Positions 9,155 through 18,499 of a stretch of 64,000 bases of DNA are shown here, in pieces. Origin of the DNA: Blastocatellia bacterium (lineage in GTDB: Bacteria; Acidobacteriota; Blastocatellia; UBA7656); NCBI GenBank assembly GCA_035634255.1, contig DASQDI010000068.1, forward strand, positions 23,695 to 87,694, in the 5' to 3' direction. The notes below the pieces were generated by a model. It saw only the letters and a program-made list of their open reading frames with translations. It had not been told where the DNA came from and did not search any database. The translations under genes and the position numbers were made by a program. Each line of letters opens with the position of its first letter. Within the stretch, counting starts at the first letter, position 1.

Positions 9155-10573
9155 ATGGAAAGGCGAGCTACACAGGAGAGTCCGGTTGACCTTATAGACA
9201 GCGGTCAATTTCTAACGGCTGAGGAGATTTTTTCCGAGCGCAGGACCGACGACCCGATGGAGATGGTAGTCCGGTCCGAGGTCGCGATCTATTTCGACAG
9301 ACTGGATGATGGTGCGGACCTTCTGCAACAAGTGGCATCCCGGATCGGCGATATTGATGTGGCCGCGCGTTTCTCTCTGGCCAGAGGCCGCCTCGCGCTC
9401 TGGCAGGACGACGAGTCTCAGGCTAATACGCAGTTTCAGACGGCTTATCATTTTTACCTTTTTCGGAGCGATAATTTCGGCCTGAGCCAGGCCCTTCTCG
9501 GTCTGGCCAATCTGGCCAGGCGTCACGGCAATTATGAAGATGCGAAGTCGATGCTGGGCACGGCGCAGGAGGGCGTCAAAGGCCGCAGCAGCAGGAAGAT
9601 GGAATTCCTGCGCGGGATGATCACGGCGGAACAGGCCTCCCTGGCCGCCGACCGGGGCGAAGTCGATAACGCGGCCGAGTATTTTACCGAGGCCGCGCGA
9701 ATGCTGAAGGGGGCCGAGCGGGGGCGCTTTTACGCGAGGGCTCTCGTCGGCGCGGCCGACCTCAAATGCTCTCTGGGGGATTTTCAGGACTCTCTCGAAC
9801 TTTATAAGGAAGCGAACACTATTTTCGAGCGCTATGATGTGAAACGGGACAGGGCCGAGTGCCAGCTCAAGCTCGCCGAAGCTTTGATACGATTGAAGCG
9901 GTACGAGCGGGCCGAAAAACTCTCGGAAGAGAGCCGCGAACTGGTCACGGGCAACGATAAAGGCGAAAGCAGGGCCCTCTCCCTGCTCGCCCAGGTCGCG
10001 CTCCAGCAGAACGAGATAGACGAGGCCGCGAGCCGCGCGGTACTGGCGGTGGAGCTGGCCGACAAATCGGACTCTACCGGCACCCGCGCCTGCGCACGCA
10101 TCGCTCTGGGGCAGGTCAGGCTGGCCGAGCGCGATTTCAAACAGGCGACCGAAACTTTAAGGGAGGCCCTGGACCTCGCTCGCGCCTCGACCAATTTATC
10201 CGAGAATCGGCGGCTGGAGCTTGCGTCCATAATCTACCTTGCCGAGGCGTACCATAACGTCGATACGAGGGCGGGCCGGACCGAGCTTGTACGAGCCAGC
10301 GAAATACTCAACACTTTCGAAGACGCCTGGCTGGGAGATGAGTTCACCCGCGTGGCGGCAAAGTACGAGGAGCAGATCGTCTTCACCGACGATAACAGAC
10401 TCGTGTTCGATGGCAACCAGCTGCCGAGGTGGCAGGAGGCCAAGCGGACCCTTGAGGGCTTCCTCCTTCGCAACGCCCTGAGGCAGACCAACAACAGCCT
10501 CACGCGCGCCGCGCGAAAACTCGGGGTCTCGAAGGTGCACGTGCACAACCTGAAGAAGAAGCACGGCATTTAG
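9155..10573 (+). CDS. TPR-repeat regulatory protein with C-terminal Fis-type HTH (HTH_8)
   Basis: Multiple TPR-like helical repeats. C-terminal NNSLTRAARKLGVSKVHVHNLKKKHGI is a Fis-family HTH. No sigma54 AAA+ domain. ATG at 9155 has an AAAGGAG SD. Confidence 0.7.
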   Translation: MERRATQESPVDLIDSGQFLTAEEIFSERRTDDPMEMVVRSEVAIYFDRLDDGADLLQQVASRIGDIDVAARFSLARGRLALWQDDESQANTQFQTAYHFYLFRSDNFGLSQALLGLANLARRHGNYEDAKSMLGTAQEGVKGRSSRKMEFLRGMITAEQASLAADRGEVDNAAEYFTEAARMLKGAERGRFYARALVGAADLKCSLGDFQDSLELYKEANTIFERYDVKRDRAECQLKLAEALIRLKRYERAEKLSEESRELVTGNDKGESRALSLLAQVALQQNEIDEAASRAVLAVELADKSDSTGTRACARIALGQVRLAERDFKQATETLREALDLARASTNLSENRRLELASIIYLAEAYHNVDTRAGRTELVRASEILNTFEDAWLGDEFTRVAAKYEEQIVFTDDNRLVFDGNQLPRWQEAKRTLEGFLLRNALRQTNNSLTRAARKLGVSKVHVHNLKKKHGI

Positions 10574-10600
10574 ACCGCGCGGAGCGGGGATCAATAGGGG

Positions 10601-10640
10601 TAAAAAAAGAGGCCGCAATTCATCGCGGCCTCTAACCGTT
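10601..10640. terminator. Rho-independent-type terminator hairpin after the TPR-Fis gene
   Basis: AAAAAAAGAGGCCGC-aattcatc-GCGGCCTCT followed by aaccgtTTCT. A-run upstream and T-rich downstream, so possibly bidirectional. Confidence 0.5.
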
Positions 10641-10821
10641 TCTAAGGAGTTGAAACTGAGAAAATTCGGAAGCGGATGAAATACGCCGCCACCCGCCTCC
10701 CTTCCTTACCCTTGAAAATATCAGGTCGAAACTATAACTCAGAAGCAGTAATGCGTCTAATTCATTGTTATAATCCACATCATTAGAAATGCTGATGTCA
10801 GGGCGGCGTAAGGGGGAGATT

Positions 10822-11742
10822 ATGGAGTTGACGCATCTCAGGACCTTCCGGGAAGTGGCTGACACGTTGAATTTCACGCGGGCGGCCGAGCGCCTGCACC
10901 TCACGCAGTCGGCGGTGAGCCATCAGATCAAGTCTCTGGAATCCGAGCTTGACGAGCCGCTGTTCATAAGGGCGAAGCGCGGCGTGAAGCTAACGCAGGC
11001 CGGTAAGATCGCCCTCGAATACGCGGAGCGCATACTCGGCGACGCGGAGGCGTTGCGCGAGAGGCTCTCCGGGCGCGAGCACTCCCCGGTCGGGCGCGTG
11101 CGCGCGGCCGCCGCGACTCAGGCTTTCGTGCACCTGTTCGCCCCCCTCTTCGAGTAGTTCATGCGCATGCACACGGGGATCGAGGTCTCGTTTCGCACGA
11201 CGGTCAGCACGGAGCAGACCGTCTCCGACATCCTGAACGGGAAGGCCGACCTCGGCTTCGCCTCCCTGCCCGTTTATTCGCCCGCCCTTCAGGTCACCGA
11301 GTTATTCGAAGATGAGATCGTGCTCGTGGTGGGCCATAAGCATCAGCTCGCCTCCCGGTCCGAGGCGAGCATCGCCGACATCGAGCGCGACAGGCTGATA
11401 CTGTTCGAGCGCGGGGCCTCGATCCGCCACGCGACGGATGATTTCTTCAAGCAGGTCGGCATACGCCCGGACCTCGCCCTCGAATCCAACGACACCTACT
11501 TCATAAAGCTTATGGTCGAGCATGGGATGGGGATTTCTCTGCTGCCCGTCTGGGCCGTCCGCGACGAGGTGAGGGCCGGCAAGCTCGCGCGGTTGAGGAT
11601 CGACGGGCACAGGCTCCGCAGGTCGGTAGCCATGGTCTCTCTCGGAAAATTTCAGCCCTCCCCCACGCGCGCCTTCCACGGTTTCATCATCGAGCACAGG
11701 GAGAGGTTGCAGGCGATGGCGAAGGGCGAGGACTCGCAGTAG
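10822..11742 (+). pseudogene. LysR-family transcriptional regulator interrupted by an in-frame TAG (11155-11157)
   Basis: Track ORFs 10789..11157 (HTH, MELTHLRTFREVADTLNFTRAAERLHLTQSAVSHQIKSLE) and 11161..11742 (LysR substrate-binding domain) are in the same frame. They are separated only by TAG; the junction ...LFAPLFE*FMRMHTGIEVSF reads as a continuous LysR linker. Confidence 0.6.
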
Positions 11743-11759
11743 CCGCAGCCGACCGCCGG

Positions 11760-12998
11760 TTAAAGCAGGTACCTGCGGCGGACCATTTCGAGCGCCGCGG
11801 TCGAGGCGCGCCAGCGAATCAGGTGCCGGTCCCCGAGCAGGATCAGCCGCTTGTTCGACGACCCCACGTCGTCCGCGAGGCCGACGTAGACCGTCCCGAC
11901 GGGCACCGCCTCGGAGCCCCCGCCCGGCCCGGCCACGCCCGTCACGCTCAGGCCGATGGTCGCCCCCGAGCGCCCTTTGACCCCGCGCGCCATCGCTTCG
12001 GCGACTTCTCCGCTCACCGTGCCGTGGCGTTCGAGCGATTCCGCCTCGACGCCTAGCAGGCTCATCTTCGCTTCGCTCGTGTAGCTCACCACCGAGCCGA
12101 TGAAGTAATCGCTCGATCCCGGCACGCGGGTTATCCGCTCCGCGATCAGCCCCCCGGTGAGGCTTTCGGCCGTCGCGATTGTGTACTGCCTGAGCCTGAG
12201 TCTCTGGCCCACGACCTCTTCGAGCGACTCGCCTCGGGTGGAGTAGAGGTTGATCCCGATCTTATCTTCGAGCTTTCCCGACAATTCTTCGACGATCTCT
12301 TCGGCGCGCAGGAAAGTCTCGGCCGTCGCCTCAAGGTGTATCTCGATCTCCGAATCGGTGAAGAGAATCGTGGTAGTCGGGTTCGTGTACTCCCCGTAAA
12401 TGGGCGCGATCACGTCGTCGAGCTGGGACTCGCCCATGCCCGTCACCTTGAGCACGCGCTTCGCGATCCGAACGCCCCGCGACATCCGCTCAAGCTGGGG
12501 CATTACGTAATCGTCGAACATCGGGCGGTTTTCGCGCGGGGGGCCGGGCAGGAGCACGACGAGCCTGCCGTTCTGCTCCATCTTCATCCCCACCGCAGTG
12601 CCGTTGGGGTTCGGCAGGATCGCCGCGTCTCGGGGGATGAGCGCCTGCCGCTCGTTGTTGGGAGTCATCTGGTAACCCCTGCTAGTGATCCGCTCGCGTA
12701 TCCCCGCGAGCACCTCATAGTCGAGCGTGAGCTGCCGCCCGCACACGCGCGCGAAGACCTTGCGAGTGATGTCGTCCTCGGTCGGCCCCAGCCCCCCGGT
12801 CGAGATGATCACGTCGGAGCGGTTGAGCGCGTCGCGCACGACCTCTTCGAGTCTGGCCTCCTCGTCGCCGACGACAGTTTTCAGGTGCAGGCTCACCCCG
12901 ATGGAATTCAACCGCTCCGTCAGCCACAGTGAATTCGTGTCCACCCGGTGGGGCGTCAGCAGCTCCGAGCCGATGGCTATAATCTCCGCTTTCAGCAT
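11760..12998 (-). CDS. cinA: Competence/damage-inducible protein CinA (MocF-like N-domain + PncC NMN deamidase C-domain)
   Basis: 412 aa. N-terminal MLKAEIIAIGSELL and C-terminal CinA/PncC domain (ATAESLTGGLIAERIT). Confidence 0.9.
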   Translation of the reverse strand: MLKAEIIAIGSELLTPHRVDTNSLWLTERLNSIGVSLHLKTVVGDEEARLEEVVRDALNRSDVIISTGGLGPTEDDITRKVFARVCGRQLTLDYEVLAGIRERITSRGYQMTPNNERQALIPRDAAILPNPNGTAVGMKMEQNGRLVVLLPGPPRENRPMFDDYVMPQLERMSRGVRIAKRVLKVTGMGESQLDDVIAPIYGEYTNPTTTILFTDSEIEIHLEATAETFLRAEEIVEELSGKLEDKIGINLYSTRGESLEEVVGQRLRLRQYTIATAESLTGGLIAERITRVPGSSDYFIGSVVSYTSEAKMSLLGVEAESLERHGTVSGEVAEAMARGVKGRSGATIGLSVTGVAGPGGGSEAVPVGTVYVGLADDVGSSNKRLILLGDRHLIRWRASTAALEMVRRRYLL

Positions 12999-13000
12999 AG

Positions 13001-13732
13001 CTATTTGTAAAGTCCTCGCTCTCGAATGTATTGGGCGACGGCGGGCGGAACGAGCTTCTCGACCGACCCGCCCGCCCGCGCAAGCTCCCTGACTTCCGTG
13101 GCCGAGCGCTCGCCGAGGTCGGCGGGGAAGTCGAGGTAGAGAATCCTATCGGCAAAGCGCACCGGCTCGCCTGCAAGGAGGGCGCGGACCTCTGCCTCGC
13201 CCGCCCCCTTGCGGCCCGCCACGATCAGCCGACTGTGCGCAAGCAGGTGGCCGAGGGCCTGCTCGCGGCCCGCGAAATTTCTGTGGTACCGCCCCGTGTA
13301 CCTGCCTTCCGGGTCGAGCACGCGCTCGAATGTATCGAACCCCACGATGAAGTGCAAATCGGTTCCCTCGGGATAGATCAGGGCGAGGGCGTCGAGCAGG
13401 TCGACGAAGTAGGCGTGCGACGAAAGGCCCACGGACGTGCTCCGGTCATGTTCGAACGCGAGGTCGAGCATACTCAACCGATCTTCAAGAGAAGACTCAT
13501 ACCTGTCTTTGTCGGCATTCGCAACGCCCGCGAGCGCGACCGTCTCGTCGAGCGAAAAGGCGAGGGAGGCTCGCCGCATAAGCTCGGCGTGCGCGAGCGT
13601 GGGCGGGTTGAAGGAAGAGGCGAATATTCCGGGCCTTGAGCCCTTCGCATCCGCGCCGCGGATGAATTCGATCACGGGCCTCCGGCTGGCCTTCACCTTT
13701 TCGATGGCGGTTATAATCCTGGGGGTCTCCAT
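13001..13732 (-). CDS. Cytidylyltransferase-like nucleotidyltransferase, putative nicotinate/nicotinamide-mononucleotide adenylyltransferase
   Basis: FASSFNPPTLAH resembles the (H/T)xxH nucleotidyltransferase motif. Position between pgpA and cinA suggests NAD salvage. The specific function is inferred. Confidence 0.5.
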   Translation of the reverse strand: METPRIITAIEKVKASRRPVIEFIRGADAKGSRPGIFASSFNPPTLAHAELMRRASLAFSLDETVALAGVANADKDRYESSLEDRLSMLDLAFEHDRSTSVGLSSHAYFVDLLDALALIYPEGTDLHFIVGFDTFERVLDPEGRYTGRYHRNFAGREQALGHLLAHSRLIVAGRKGAGEAEVRALLAGEPVRFADRILYLDFPADLGERSATEVRELARAGGSVEKLVPPAVAQYIRERGLYK

Positions 13733-13733
13733 T

Positions 13734-14189
13734 TCAAAGCAAGCCGTATCGGGTGGCTGCCCAGAGCAGCAGGGCGGAGTAAACGCCCGCGAGCGCGTCG
13801 TCCGCCATAACGCCCCAGCCCCCGTGCATGGCTTCGAGCCTGCGGATCGGGTATGGCTTGAAGATGTCGAAGAGGCGGAAGAGGGCGAAGCCCGCGACCA
13901 CCCCCGCTATCGAATGGGCGAAGGCCAGGGGCGTGAGGGCGATCAACTGGCCGCTTATCTCGTCGATCACCACCTGACTCGGGTCATCGAGCCCGCTCAT
14001 CCTACAGGTACGGCCCGAAGCCCAAACGCCGAGCGCGAAGATCCCGACGTTCAGCAGGAGCAGTAAGACTAAACGCCCTGTCGCGCCGGGCACGAGCGCC
14101 GCGATGACAAAATATATCGCGACCCCTTCGACCGCCCCGAGGGTGCCGGGGGCGAAAGGAGAAAAGCCCGCGCCAGCGCCCGTAGCCAT
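13734..14189 (-). CDS. pgpA: Phosphatidylglycerophosphatase A
   Basis: PgpA membrane-domain motifs (GTLGAVEGVAIYFVI...FRLFDIFKPYPIRRLEA...GGWGVMADD). Confidence 0.85.
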   Translation of the reverse strand: MATGAGAGFSPFAPGTLGAVEGVAIYFVIAALVPGATGRLVLLLLLNVGIFALGVWASGRTCRMSGLDDPSQVVIDEISGQLIALTPLAFAHSIAGVVAGFALFRLFDIFKPYPIRRLEAMHGGWGVMADDALAGVYSALLLWAATRYGLL

Positions 14190-14258
14190 CAGGTGCGCCA
14201 GTCGGTCGGCAGAAGTGGCTGAGCTTTTTTCGATTCCGCGCTCTCCTGCTGCGAGGGC

Positions 14259-15623
14259 CTAGTCTCGGACTATGCGGCCGAGAAGGTCGTAATCGTGCGC
14301 CTCGGTTATCTCCACGTTGACGAAATCGCCGGGCCGCACGTCGAGCCCTTCGGGGACGTCGTTGATGAGGATCGAGCCGTCGACCTCCGGCGCCTGCGTC
14401 TCCATGCGCCCTTCGAGCAGGAGGTCGCTCTCCTTCGACCGGCCTTCGAGCAGGACCCTCACCCTCCGCCCGACCATCCGGCGGTTCCTGCGGCGGGACA
14501 ATCGCGCCTGCTCCTTCATCAGCCTCTTGCCCCGTCGCTCGGCCACGCGCGGGTCTATCTTCTCATCCAGACGGAACGCGGCGGAGTTCTCTTCGTCCGA
14601 ATAGGTGAAGACGCCGACCCGGTCGAACTCGGCCGTGCGGACGAAGTCGATGAGCTCGTCGAAGTCCTCCTCGCGCTCGCCGGGGAACCCGACGATGAAG
14701 GTCGTGCGGATGGCCACGCCGGGCACGCGCCGGCGGATGCGCTCGATCAGCCTCTCGTACGACGAGCGGCTCCCGCCCCGCCTCATGCGGGCGAGCATCC
14801 TGCGGCTCGCGTGCTGGAGCGGGATGTCGAAGTACTTGCAGACGTTCGGGCGCTCGGCCATCACGCGCAGCAGTCCGTCGGTGATCGCGGTCGGGTAGCA
14901 GTACATGAACCTCACCCATTCGACTCCGGGCACCGCGGCTATGGAATCGACCAGGCGCGCGAGGCCGTCCGCGAGATTCAGGTCGGCCCCGTAGGTGGTC
15001 GTGTCCTGCGAGATGAGCACGAACTCCCTGACGCCCTGAGCCGACAGTATCTCCACTTCCCTGATGATCGACTCGGGCGAGCGGCTGCGAAAGCTGCCGC
15101 GAAGCTTCGGGATGATGCAGAAAGCGCACGTGTGGTCGCACCCTTCGGCTATCTTCACGTAGGCCGTGTAGGGGGCGGTGGCGCGCAGGCGCGGCGTGGT
15201 CTCGTCGTAAAGGTAGAGCTCGGGCGCGGACGCGCCTTCGCTGTAGATGGGGAGCGCCCTGCGCCCATTCGGCTCCGCGGCCGACAGTATCTCTTCGAGC
15301 TGGTTCACGCCGACGCACGCGTCGATCTCCGGGATCTCGCGCTGAAGCTCGTCCCTGTACCGCTCGACGAGGCAGCCGGCGACGACCAGCCGCTTGAGGT
15401 TGCCCGACTCCTTCAGCCCGGCCATCTCTATGATGGTGTCGACGGACTCCTGCCGCGCGGAGTCGATGAACCCGCACGTGTTGACCACGAGCAGGTCCGC
15501 CGCCTTCGCGTCCGCCGTCAGCTCGTAGCCCTGGCGCGAAAGGAGCCCCATCATCACCTCGCTGTCAACGAGGTTCTTCGGGCACCCCAGACTTATCATC
15601 CCCACTTTCTTCTTGTCGCTCAT
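14259..15623 (-). CDS. rimO: Ribosomal protein S12 methylthiotransferase RimO (MiaB-family radical SAM + TRAM)
   Basis: MTTase N-domain (VGMISLGCPKNLVDSE), radical-SAM CxxxCxxC (CDHTCAFCIIP) and C-terminal TRAM domain. Confidence 0.9.
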   Translation of the reverse strand: MSDKKKVGMISLGCPKNLVDSEVMMGLLSRQGYELTADAKAADLLVVNTCGFIDSARQESVDTIIEMAGLKESGNLKRLVVAGCLVERYRDELQREIPEIDACVGVNQLEEILSAAEPNGRRALPIYSEGASAPELYLYDETTPRLRATAPYTAYVKIAEGCDHTCAFCIIPKLRGSFRSRSPESIIREVEILSAQGVREFVLISQDTTTYGADLNLADGLARLVDSIAAVPGVEWVRFMYCYPTAITDGLLRVMAERPNVCKYFDIPLQHASRRMLARMRRGGSRSSYERLIERIRRRVPGVAIRTTFIVGFPGEREEDFDELIDFVRTAEFDRVGVFTYSDEENSAAFRLDEKIDPRVAERRGKRLMKEQARLSRRRNRRMVGRRVRVLLEGRSKESDLLLEGRMETQAPEVDGSILINDVPEGLDVRPGDFVNVEITEAHDYDLLGRIVRD

Positions 15624-15737
15624 TCGCCTCTCTCGTCCCGACAGAGCCAGCCCGGCCCGGTCGCGGAAACGATTATGTTACCCGATTTCTACGTCTTAAA
15701 TAAAGGTGAATTAAATCAGAGGGCGGACGGGCACTCT

Positions 15738-15953
15738 ATGGAGATGTCAGAAATAGGCCAGTTGATAGCAATATTAAGCGTCGGGTTGATTAAACTGGTC
15801 TGGATATGGATGCTGATCGACTGCGCCATGAATGAGCCGCCGGGGAGCGATAAGGTACTCTGGATACTACTAATGGTCTTCACCGGCTGCATCGGCGGGC
15901 TCATCTATTTTTACGTGCGGCGGCCCCGGCGTATAAAGAAGTTCGACAGGTAG
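15738..15953 (+). CDS. PLD-nuclease N-terminal (PLDc_N/DUF-like) small membrane protein
   Basis: 71 aa with two TM segments and a WxxLI...GPLLY-like motif (IWMLIDCAMNEP...GGLIYFYVRRP). It is the 3' tail of an otherwise antisense track ORF (14295..15953). Confidence 0.6.
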   Translation: MEMSEIGQLIAILSVGLIKLVWIWMLIDCAMNEPPGSDKVLWILLMVFTGCIGGLIYFYVRRPRRIKKFDR

Positions 15954-15964
15954 CCGCGGGCCGC

Positions 15965-16912
15965 TCACTCCTGGTAGGTGCTGCGGCTGGCGCGCACGAT
16001 GGCACCCTCCCTTTTCACTTCGACGCGGAGCTGGCGCGGGCGATTGTCGCGCTTAGCGCGCTCTTTAGGGTAGTAAGCCAGGGTGTAGCTCGACCTGATC
16101 TCTTCGGCGATGGCCTTGAAGACCGGGGTGAAGTTGCTCGTGTCGGCCGAAAAGTCGGCCCCGCCCGTGAGCGGCACGATCCGCGAGACATCCAGCAAAG
16201 TCATGATCCGCTCCGTCGAGCCGTACCCGTACGACGGTATGGTGATCGAGTAGACCGTCACCCCCTGCTCGTTCGCGCGCTGGATCAGGTCGCGCTGGTC
16301 GACCGTGTCCACCGAGTCGATGCCGTCCGTGATCACGACGACTATGCGGCGCAGCCGGCGGTTGCTCCGGTAACGCGGCGCGCGCTTGAGCATCGCGATC
16401 GCGCGGTCAATCGACGCGAACAGCCTCGTGGACCCATTGCTCCCCGCCACTTTCTGGAAAGCCTGCCCGATCTTTTTCGAGTCGCTCGTGAAGTCTTGAA
16501 GGACGCGCAGCTCGTTGTTGAACGTGAGGACCGCGAAGACCGACTCGGGCCGCACGAGCTGCGTGAAGCTCAGGGCCGCCTCGCGCTGCTTGACCAGCTC
16601 CTCGGGCTTCATGCTGCCGGAGTTGTCCAGGGCGAAGACCACGGCGAGGGGCCGCGTGAGGGCCGCCGCCTCGCTCGCCTCGAAGAAGTCGAGCTTTTGC
16701 GGCTCGTTGTCCTCGTAGACCACGAAGTCTTCCTGCTTCAGGTTCCGGATGAAGTTCCCATCCCTGTCCATCACCGTCGCGTCGACGGTGACCAGATCGG
16801 TCCGGAGCTTGATAGGCTCGTCGGACTGGCGGGCCAGGGAGGGCGAAGAGGTGAGGCCGGGCGCGACCAGCAGCGCTCCCGCCACAAGCAGTGCGATAAA
16901 ACTTCTAATCAT
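15965..16912 (-). CDS. VWA-domain protein, VWFA-related acidobacterial-type (TIGR03436-like)
   Basis: Signal peptide, then a VWA domain with MIDAS-like DxSGS (FALDNSGSM). Family-typical TDGxD and C-terminal motifs. Confidence 0.75.
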   Translation of the reverse strand: MIRSFIALLVAGALLVAPGLTSSPSLARQSDEPIKLRTDLVTVDATVMDRDGNFIRNLKQEDFVVYEDNEPQKLDFFEASEAAALTRPLAVVFALDNSGSMKPEELVKQREAALSFTQLVRPESVFAVLTFNNELRVLQDFTSDSKKIGQAFQKVAGSNGSTRLFASIDRAIAMLKRAPRYRSNRRLRRIVVVITDGIDSVDTVDQRDLIQRANEQGVTVYSITIPSYGYGSTERIMTLLDVSRIVPLTGGADFSADTSNFTPVFKAIAEEIRSSYTLAYYPKERAKRDNRPRQLRVEVKREGAIVRASRSTYQE

Positions 16913-17071
16913 AAACAGCTATTCCCGGACGTGGTTCGCTAATATACTTCGTCAGACTCGCATACGGTGCCCGCGCGCCTTCAGTTCCGGACCGGCATGA
17001 AGACCGGTAAAAGGTTAGCACGCGCTCATTCGAGATTCAATATTGGCCGCCCGGCGCGGCGGGGGCGAAAA

Positions 17072-17100
17072 TTGACGGCGTGATGGCGCGGTGATAGACT
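17072..17100 (+). promoter_or_regulatory. Candidate sigma70-type promoter (-35 TTGACG / 17-nt spacer / -10 TAGACT) upstream of the trm112-like / heptosyltransferase genes
   Basis: Sequence match only, about 28 nt upstream of the GTG at 17128. Confidence 0.3.
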
Positions 17101-17127
17101 TGACCGCTCGAATACAGGAGGTCCGAA

Positions 17128-17298
17128 GTGCCGGTAAGCGAAAGATTGCTTGAGATTCTCGCCTGCCCCGTCTGCAAGGTGAAGGTCGAGCTGAAGCCGG
17201 ACGGGAGCGGCTTGAAGTGCGGCGAGTGCAGGCGCGTCTACCCCATACGCGACGACATACCCGTGATGCTCATCGACGAGGCAGTGATTGAAGAGTGA
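17128..17298 (+). CDS. Trm112-like (UPF0434) zinc-ribbon protein, 56 aa
   Basis: VPVSERLLEILACPVCKVKVELKPDGSGLKCGECRRVYPIRDDIPVMLIDEAVIEE is the canonical Trm112/UPF0434 pattern. GTG start follows an AGGAGG SD. Absent from the ORF track; overlaps a likely spurious minus-strand ORF. Confidence 0.75.
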   Translation: MPVSERLLEILACPVCKVKVELKPDGSGLKCGECRRVYPIRDDIPVMLIDEAVIEE

Positions 17299-18416
17299 CC
17301 GTACCCGCGCAGCACTCGGCAGAAGTTGATTCACGGCCCGACTGGTCGCTTATTCAGCGTGCCCTCTTCATCCGCCTGCGGTCCATCGGCGATACAGTGC
17401 TTATGACCCCCTGCCTCGCGGCCCTGAAATCCTGGAGGCCCGACATCAGAATAGCCGTCGTCGCCGAGCCCCTGGCCGCGCCCCTGCTCGAAGACCACCC
17501 GCTCGTGGATGAGCTGATCACGGCGGGCCCGGACCTCTCTTCGCGGGCGCGGCTGATCTCGGGGCTGCGGCGCGGGCGCTTCGACATCACGTTCAACCTG
17601 CACGGGGGGACGACGGCGACCATCATCTCGGCGCTTTCCGGGGCCCGGCACACGGTGGGCTATCGCGGGTACCGCTGCTCCTTCCTGCTCTCGCGCAGAG
17701 CCCCGCCGCCCGACAGCCTGCTCGGGCGCTCGCGCGTGCACAGCGTCGAGCAGCAGCTCGCTTTATTGCGGTGGGCCGGAGTGCCGTGGCCTCAGGGCGG
17801 CCCGCGCCTCAGCCTGAAGGTGTCGCCCGAGGCCGAAGCGTCCGTGCGGGAGCGGCTCTCCGCCTGCCGCGCGAGCGAGATGGGGGACGGCCCGGCGCTC
17901 GCGCCTTTCGCCTGCCTCGCGCCCTCGGCCGCGATGAAGTCCAAGCAGTGGTCCCCGCAAGGGTTCGCTGAAGTCGCTGACCACCTGCGCGAGAGGTGGC
18001 ACCTGCCGTCCGTCGTCATAGAAGGCCCCGGGCAGGAGCACGTGGCCGGCGAAGTGGTGCGAAGCTCGCGGACGAAGCCTCCGATCATTTCCGGGTTGAG
18101 CCTGAAAGAGCTGATCGCCCTGACGAATCGGGCCGCCATCTTCGTCGGCAACGACAGCGGCCCGATGCACATCGCGGCGGCCCTTGAGCGGCCCATCGTA
18201 GCGGTCTTCGGGTCCTCCAATTCGGACGTCTGGCACCCCTGGGCGCGGTCCCCTTACCGGGTCGTGAAAGCCCGCCCGTCGGGCCCGGCGTCCGGGGAAG
18301 AAGGCGATCCGATAGATTCCATTCCGCCCGGAGAGGTCCTCGCCCGCGTCGACGAGGTGATGCGAGAGCGGGCCGAAGCGCGCGCCGGGAAGGGGGAGGC
18401 TTTCAAAGAAGCTTAG
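17295..18416 (+). CDS. Glycosyltransferase family 9 (LPS heptosyltransferase)
   Basis: GT9 N-terminal motif (IRLRSIGDTVLMTPCLAAL). GTG start overlaps the trm112-like stop (GTGA). Confidence 0.8.
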   Translation: MTVPAQHSAEVDSRPDWSLIQRALFIRLRSIGDTVLMTPCLAALKSWRPDIRIAVVAEPLAAPLLEDHPLVDELITAGPDLSSRARLISGLRRGRFDITFNLHGGTTATIISALSGARHTVGYRGYRCSFLLSRRAPPPDSLLGRSRVHSVEQQLALLRWAGVPWPQGGPRLSLKVSPEAEASVRERLSACRASEMGDGPALAPFACLAPSAAMKSKQWSPQGFAEVADHLRERWHLPSVVIEGPGQEHVAGEVVRSSRTKPPIISGLSLKELIALTNRAAIFVGNDSGPMHIAAALERPIVAVFGSSNSDVWHPWARSPYRVVKARPSGPASGEEGDPIDSIPPGEVLARVDEVMRERAEARAGKGEAFKEA

Positions 18417-18499
18417 AGATTAGAAAGGGAGAGGCCGGGCCGGGAGCCGATCAGGTTGAGCATTTATTTAAGCGGGTAGCTCCCCGGCCATTTATTCTT

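Noticed and set aside
10789-11742. Two separate genes, an HTH-only protein and a substrate-binding-domain-only protein
   Set aside because: The frames are identical and the junction reproduces a normal LysR linker. A single interrupted LysR is the simpler reading.
14295-15953. 552-aa plus-strand ORF
   Set aside because: It is antisense to rimO for most of its length. Only the last ~70 codons (15738..15953) correspond to a credible gene, the PLD_N membrane protein.
17026-17334. 102-aa minus-strand ORF
   Set aside because: The opposite strand encodes a textbook Trm112/UPF0434 protein with an AGGAGG SD.
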